Positions 63,230-64,000 of a DNA stretch of 64,000 nucleotides are shown piece by piece. The position numbers and the translations under genes were made by a program. Numbering within the stretch: the stretch's first letter is position 1; every line of letters begins with the position of its first letter. Under the pieces are notes generated by a model. It ran no database searches. It saw nothing but the letters and a program-made list of their open reading frames with translations, and had not been told where the DNA came from. Origin of the DNA: Candidatus Babeliales bacterium (GTDB lineage: Bacteria > Babelota > Babeliae > Babelales > JACPOV01); the NCBI GenBank assembly GCA_036260945.1, contig DATALT010000002.1, forward strand, positions 876,529 to 940,528. The letters are read 5' to 3'.

Positions 63230-63408
63230 TTCGCGTAACACATATTACATGTTTTTCATCAAATCGCGGCTTTTTTAGTTGTTGACTACAAAGAATGCCG
63301 CTATAATCTGCTCATTGATGATATTTCAACAACATTTCGATTGACGAATTTACCCATCATGATAATATATTTCAGATAGGTATTTTTTTCTTAAATCAGG
63401 GGACAATT

Positions 63409-63906
63409 ATGAAATTTATTATTTCTTTTAATAAAAAAACATTAGCAGCGGCACTTATCGCCTTCAGCATAAATAACGGAATTCTTGCAGAAGAACCAAA
63501 AAAATGGAAAAGCACTATAGAGATGTGCAAAGATAATCCTTTTAGTGTAGCTATCGGTACAGCAAGTTTTATCAGCTTTTTCTATAATTATTTCAAACTC
63601 TTTCCAACGATTGATGCGAAAGTTAAATATAACGATGCACATAACACTCTAATGAATTCTTCGAGAGCACTTGACTCCGAAATGCCCAATTTTCCTACAT
63701 CAGCCAATAATACTAAATCGGTAAGATCTCTTATTAACCAGGTCTCCGCTCTGGGAAAAACGAGAGTCGCATACGAGTCGCTCAGGAATAAGAGATTCGG
63801 CTTAAAAACTATGGGCTCAGTTGGGACCGGGATGCTTTGCCTCAGAAATCTTTGGAACTACAGAGCATCTCAAGTTACAAGAAATGAATCTAAAAAATTA
63901 GACTAA
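63409..63906 (+). CDS. hypothetical exported/membrane protein
   Basis: Signal-like KKTLAAALIAFSINNGILA and a second hydrophobic segment FSVAIGTASFISFFYNYF. Followed by a clean terminator. Confidence 0.5.
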   Translation: MKFIISFNKKTLAAALIAFSINNGILAEEPKKWKSTIEMCKDNPFSVAIGTASFISFFYNYFKLFPTIDAKVKYNDAHNTLMNSSRALDSEMPNFPTSANNTKSVRSLINQVSALGKTRVAYESLRNKRFGLKTMGSVGTGMLCLRNLWNYRASQVTRNESKKLD

Positions 63907-63917
63907 TATGTAAAAAT

Positions 63918-63950
63918 AAAAAGCTCATTTTCGAATGAGCTTTTTATTTT
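63918..63950 (+). terminator. rho-independent terminator
   Basis: AAAAAGCTCATT-ttcg-AATGAGCTTTTT followed by ATTTTT. Confidence 0.65.
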
Positions 63951-64000
63951 TACTGCTTACTGCAGATGGAAAGATTCCTACAGATCATTTTTTCACTTTT

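Noticed and set aside
1-64000. I looked for CRISPR arrays, IS elements or transposases, integrases, prophage genes, toxin-antitoxin pairs, rRNA and tRNA genes.
   Set aside because: I found no regularly spaced direct repeats and no DDE, tyrosine- or serine-recombinase motifs in any ORF. The only tRNA-like T-arm (GGTTCGATTCC) belongs to the tmRNA. This was a manual scan only, so short or degenerate elements could be missed.

Overview
This is an AT-rich bacterial chromosomal window. It has one tmRNA and no rRNA, tRNA, CRISPR array, transposase or integrase that I can recognise. Housekeeping genes include pth, alaS, murE, ruvX, tsaB, a tpiA-secG-mlaE-mlaF operon, rpsF/rpsR, rnhB, a P-type ATPase and two M16 peptidases. 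A roughly 11 kb minus-strand envelope-glycan locus runs wecB-wecC-fused oxidoreductase-GT-C-GT2-manC, then gmd-fcl-GT32. Between these lies an unusually dense set of Sec-signal-bearing orphan or eukaryote-like proteins. They comprise five copies of a ~140-160 aa secreted family (here 'SSP-A') and three copies of a ~360 aa secreted family with a kinase-like motif pattern ('PKL-B'). There are also four tandem ankyrin-repeat proteins sharing a Leu-rich C-terminal tail, a secreted PPP-type phosphatase, a BTB/Skp1-like + beta-propeller protein and a signal-anchored GT32 glycosyltransferase. This content suggests a host-associated, amoeba-symbiont-like diderm bacterium. Dependentiae/TM6-like or chlamydia-like are only guesses; the phylum cannot be assigned from the sequence alone. 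The most interesting observations are: (1) a recurrent [S/A/G/C]-Met-[E/D/N/Q] junction directly after the hydrophobic core in 16 exported proteins; (2) the shared C-terminal amphipathic tail of the ankyrin array; (3) the PKL-B family; (4) a 27-nt direct repeat that brackets a serine-hydrolase gene and leaves a stranded relic of the HIT gene 3' end; (5) degenerate or atypical versions of known enzymes, namely an S24 repressor without its catalytic dyad, a MutY-like glycosylase without Fe-S cysteines and a truncated ComEC. All functional calls rest on motif recognition by eye; no database search was run.
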